Both the position numbers and the translations under genes were made by a program. A stretch of DNA of 18,475 nucleotides. It comes from Fibrobacterota bacterium. Its GTDB lineage: Bacteria > Fibrobacterota > Fibrobacteria > UBA11236. The notes under the pieces were generated by a model. The model saw only the letters and a program-made list of their open reading frames with translations, was not told the origin of the DNA and did not search any database. The stretch is from contig JAYUVP010000177.1 of the NCBI GenBank assembly GCA_043753995.1, forward strand, positions 1 through 18,475, read 5' to 3'. Shown here piece after piece: positions 16,328 to 18,475 of the stretch (position 1 is its first letter; every line of letters begins with the position of its first letter).

Positions 16328-16477
16328 CCGCCTTGGAACTGCGCCGGCATGGGTGAACCAATAAATTCAAGAAGTACATCGAGTAACGGGGGGAGGCGAG
16401 GCCGACATGGCTTCAGAGCAAGGCGGGCCGAGCCTGGGGGGTGTTTGGATGGCCCGGAACGAGTGGCTGAACCCCCC
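16328..16477. other. GC-rich structured intergenic element (two putative stem-loops) between divergent genes; unclassified
   Basis: CCGCCTTG (16328-16335) is complementary to CAAGGCGG (16419-16426), with a further imperfect inner stem. GGGGGG (16436-16441) is complementary to CCCCCC (16472-16477). Confidence 0.3.
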
Positions 16478-16541
16478 TCACTTTGAGCGGTCGGAAATTG
16501 TTTTGGAATACGAGACTTCACACCGATTCGTGGAATAGCTG

Positions 16542-16547
16542 TATAAT
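16542..16547 (+). promoter_or_regulatory. perfect -10 hexamer TATAAT just upstream of the beta-barrel gene
   Basis: TATAAT ends 9 nt before GTG 16557; weak -35-like TTCACA at 16517-16522 (19-nt spacer). Confidence 0.35.
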
Positions 16548-16556
16548 CCGCCTACC

Positions 16557-17285
16557 GTGCTCCCATACCTTCGCCCCCACCTGCTATCGATTTTCCTCGT
16601 CATAGGTTATTCCCATGGCGATCCCTTTGAAATGGACGAAGCCGTTGAAGCTGGCAACCCGACTCAAAGCGGTCTTCCCTTTTTTCGTGTGGCCGCCGAT
16701 TGGGGCTTGGGCTTGCACATAGGCGGTGGCTCCGATTCCGGCCTGACCGCAGCAGGCAAGGATTTCAAGGGCGATGAGCGTTTCGGCAGTAACCTCTATG
16801 GCGACATTTCCCTTTTTCCCTGGCCCAAAGGTGGCTTTGGGATATTTTACTCGCGATACACTTCGGATGATAAAGCGCCCAATTTGGTTTATCGAAATGG
16901 ATCGGCGGCGGCCAATTATCGATCGCGTACCCAATTCGACTTTTATGGCCCGTATTTTCTGAGCCGCTTGCCCACTGGGCCCATGGTGATCTATGGTGGG
17001 GTCGGCGGCGGGTTTTTACGATGGCGATCGATTTATGAAATGAATGCGAGCCGGGTCGATGTCGGCACCGACACCTATGGCTTTTTGGCCCAATTGGGCG
17101 TCGACTTCACCTTGCTTCGCGCGCTCGCTGTGGGTATGCAGGTGCGTTTGATCTTAGCGACAACGCGTGAATATAAGGTGAATGGCGTGACCTATCATAT
17201 CGGTGACGATGACAGTGAGGATATCACCTACTACAAGTCGCTCAATCGACTCGAAGCATCGGTCGGATTGAGATTTGGTTTATAA
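16557..17285 (+). CDS. outer membrane beta-barrel protein (OmpA/OmpW-like small barrel)
   Basis: Signal-peptide-like N-terminus, alternating amphipathic beta strands ('GGFGIFYSRY', 'IYGGVGGGF', 'GFLAQLGVDF', 'VGMQVRLI') and a C-terminal beta-signal-like 'ASVGLRFGL'. Confidence 0.75.
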   Translation: MLPYLRPHLLSIFLVIGYSHGDPFEMDEAVEAGNPTQSGLPFFRVAADWGLGLHIGGGSDSGLTAAGKDFKGDERFGSNLYGDISLFPWPKGGFGIFYSRYTSDDKAPNLVYRNGSAAANYRSRTQFDFYGPYFLSRLPTGPMVIYGGVGGGFLRWRSIYEMNASRVDVGTDTYGFLAQLGVDFTLLRALAVGMQVRLILATTREYKVNGVTYHIGDDDSEDITYYKSLNRLEASVGLRFGL

Positions 17286-17324
17286 GCCCCGCTGGCAAAG
17301 CGCGACTCCGCTATCTTTAGGGGC

Positions 17325-18475
17325 ATGACCTCGCTTGGCCGCTACTCTCTTGACCGCCTCATCGCGTCGGGGGGTATGGCCGAGGTGCATTTGGCCACCG
17401 ACACGACCTTGCTTCGCCAGGTCGCACTCAAGTTACCCCATCGTCATTTATGGCAGGATCCGCGCGCCCGTGAGCGTTTTCTGCAAGAGGGTCGCGTGGT
17501 CGCCGGCCTTTCGCATGAGAATATCGTGCATCTCTATGATCTCGGCGACTCCGAGGACCGCTTGTATTTGGCCATGGAATTTGTCGACGGGCATTCCCTG
17601 GAAGCCTGGCTGGAAAAAACCGGGCCCTTGCCGCCCGCTTGTGCCTATGCCCTGCTTATTCAATTGTTACGCGGCCTTGAAGTCGCGCATAGTCATGGCG
17701 TTTTGCATCGCGACATCAAGCCGGCTAATCTTTTAGTCACCCATCAAGGCGTGCTTAAAATCGCCGACTTCGGCTTGTCGCGGCTTTTAGGATCGCAAGC
17801 GTTGAGTCTTTCCGGGCAATTCCTCGGCACGCCTCGCTATGCTTCGCCCGAATTGACGCGCGGTGAACCGATTACCGCGCAAAGTGATTTATTCGCTGCG
17901 GGCTTGGTGGCCCTCGAAATGGTGACTGGCAAACCCGTTATCACAGCCGAAGACGCGCAGGCCGCCTTGCTGCAAATACGCGAAGGGCGCTTCGTCGATT
18001 CCAAAACCGCTTGTCCCACCGCGCCACCGACATGGCATCAAGTGGTGACCTCCCTGCTCGCCTTGAATCCCGCCCAAAGACCCACGGCTGGCGCCGCTTT
18101 GAAATCCCTGGAGACCATGCTGCGTGAGCATCGCCTGGCTTGGGATGCCCTGCGCGTGCAAACTTTTTTCCAAGATGCCGAAGCCGCAAAGCAAATCAAT
18201 GCGCGCGAATTGGCCGAGCTTTGGCAAGCCGAGGCCAAGCTTGCGGAGCAAGCGGGTCAAGTCGCCACGGCCTATAAGCATAGGCTCATGGCGAAAAGCT
18301 TAGGCGCCGAGGTCGACTCTCATGCAAACTCAATTGAGCCTCAAGCCCCATCCTTAGCGCAACCATCCGCCTCCGCCAAGCGCTTTAACATTCGCTCCAT
18401 GGCACCCGCCTTGGTACTTGGCCTCATTGCCATGGCGGTATTTTGGCAGTGGCAATGGCATTCGACCTTGGCCTC
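17325..18475 (+). CDS. Hanks-type serine/threonine protein kinase (PknB-like), membrane anchored; 3'-truncated by the window end
   Basis: Translated by hand from ATG 17325 (absent from the ORF track because there is no stop in the window): 'GRYSLDRLIASGGMAEVHLA', 'VALK', 'RFLQE', 'HENIV', 'HRDIKPAN', 'KIADFG', 'GTPRYASPE', 'SDLFAAG', 'P..RP', then a linker and a TM segment 'PALVLGLIAMAVFW'. Confidence 0.95.
   Translation, partial: MTSLGRYSLDRLIASGGMAEVHLATDTTLLRQVALKLPHRHLWQDPRARERFLQEGRVVAGLSHENIVHLYDLGDSEDRLYLAMEFVDGHSLEAWLEKTGPLPPACAYALLIQLLRGLEVAHSHGVLHRDIKPANLLVTHQGVLKIADFGLSRLLGSQALSLSGQFLGTPRYASPELTRGEPITAQSDLFAAGLVALEMVTGKPVITAEDAQAALLQIREGRFVDSKTACPTAPPTWHQVVTSLLALNPAQRPTAGAALKSLETMLREHRLAWDALRVQTFFQDAEAAKQINARELAELWQAEAKLAEQAGQVATAYKHRLMAKSLGAEVDSHANSIEPQAPSLAQPSASAKRFNIRSMAPALVLGLIAMAVFWQWQWHSTLA

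Noticed and set aside
16440..16475. SRP RNA-like 'GGCCCGGAA' segment
   Set aside because: Lacks the conserved CAGG...GGAA...AGCAG internal loop.
16235..16521. 83-aa and 90-aa ORFs in the intergenic region
   Set aside because: Arg/Pro/Gly-rich, no clear SD and no motif; they overlap probable regulatory or structured DNA.
17335..17736. 133-aa ORF from the track and the minus-strand ORFs at 17448-18281
   Set aside because: Out-of-frame or antisense to the Ser/Thr kinase starting at 17325.
1..18475. CRISPR arrays, IS elements, integrases, tRNA/rRNA, defence systems
   Set aside because: No regularly spaced repeats, transposase/integrase motifs or cloverleaf sequences recognised by eye.

Overview
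Gene-dense bacterial window of metabolic genes; no mobile element, CRISPR array, rRNA or tRNA was recognisable. Left to right: (i) 3' part of a probable exported protein, a 94-aa Cys/His zinc-ribbon-like protein, a bacterial Mpv17/PMP22-family membrane protein and a DUF1338/HglS-family Fe(II) dioxygenase, all on +. (ii) A minus-strand arginine succinyltransferase (AST) operon of non-canonical make-up: M20 amidohydrolase in place of AstE, class III aminotransferase with lysine-epsilon-aminotransferase-like motifs, astA, astD, astB. It converges on the DUF1338 gene and overlaps its 3' end. (iii) A plus-strand molybdenum-cofactor mini-operon (nitrate-reductase-associated/NarM-like protein, moaC, mobA, moaD) converging on a two-gene NAD-linked formate dehydrogenase (NuoE-NuoF-type fused flavoprotein plus Cys-type FdhF/FdsA alpha subunit). 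The alpha subunit appears to have lost all four ligands of the His-ligated [4Fe-4S] cluster. (iv) A structured intergenic region, an outer-membrane beta-barrel gene and a membrane-anchored Hanks-type Ser/Thr kinase that runs off the window end and is missing from the ORF track. Best leads: the AST variant plus HglS (possible succinylated C6/lysine-type catabolic route) and the streamlined FDH with a NarM-like maturation candidate. All family calls come from motif recognition by eye; no database searches were run.
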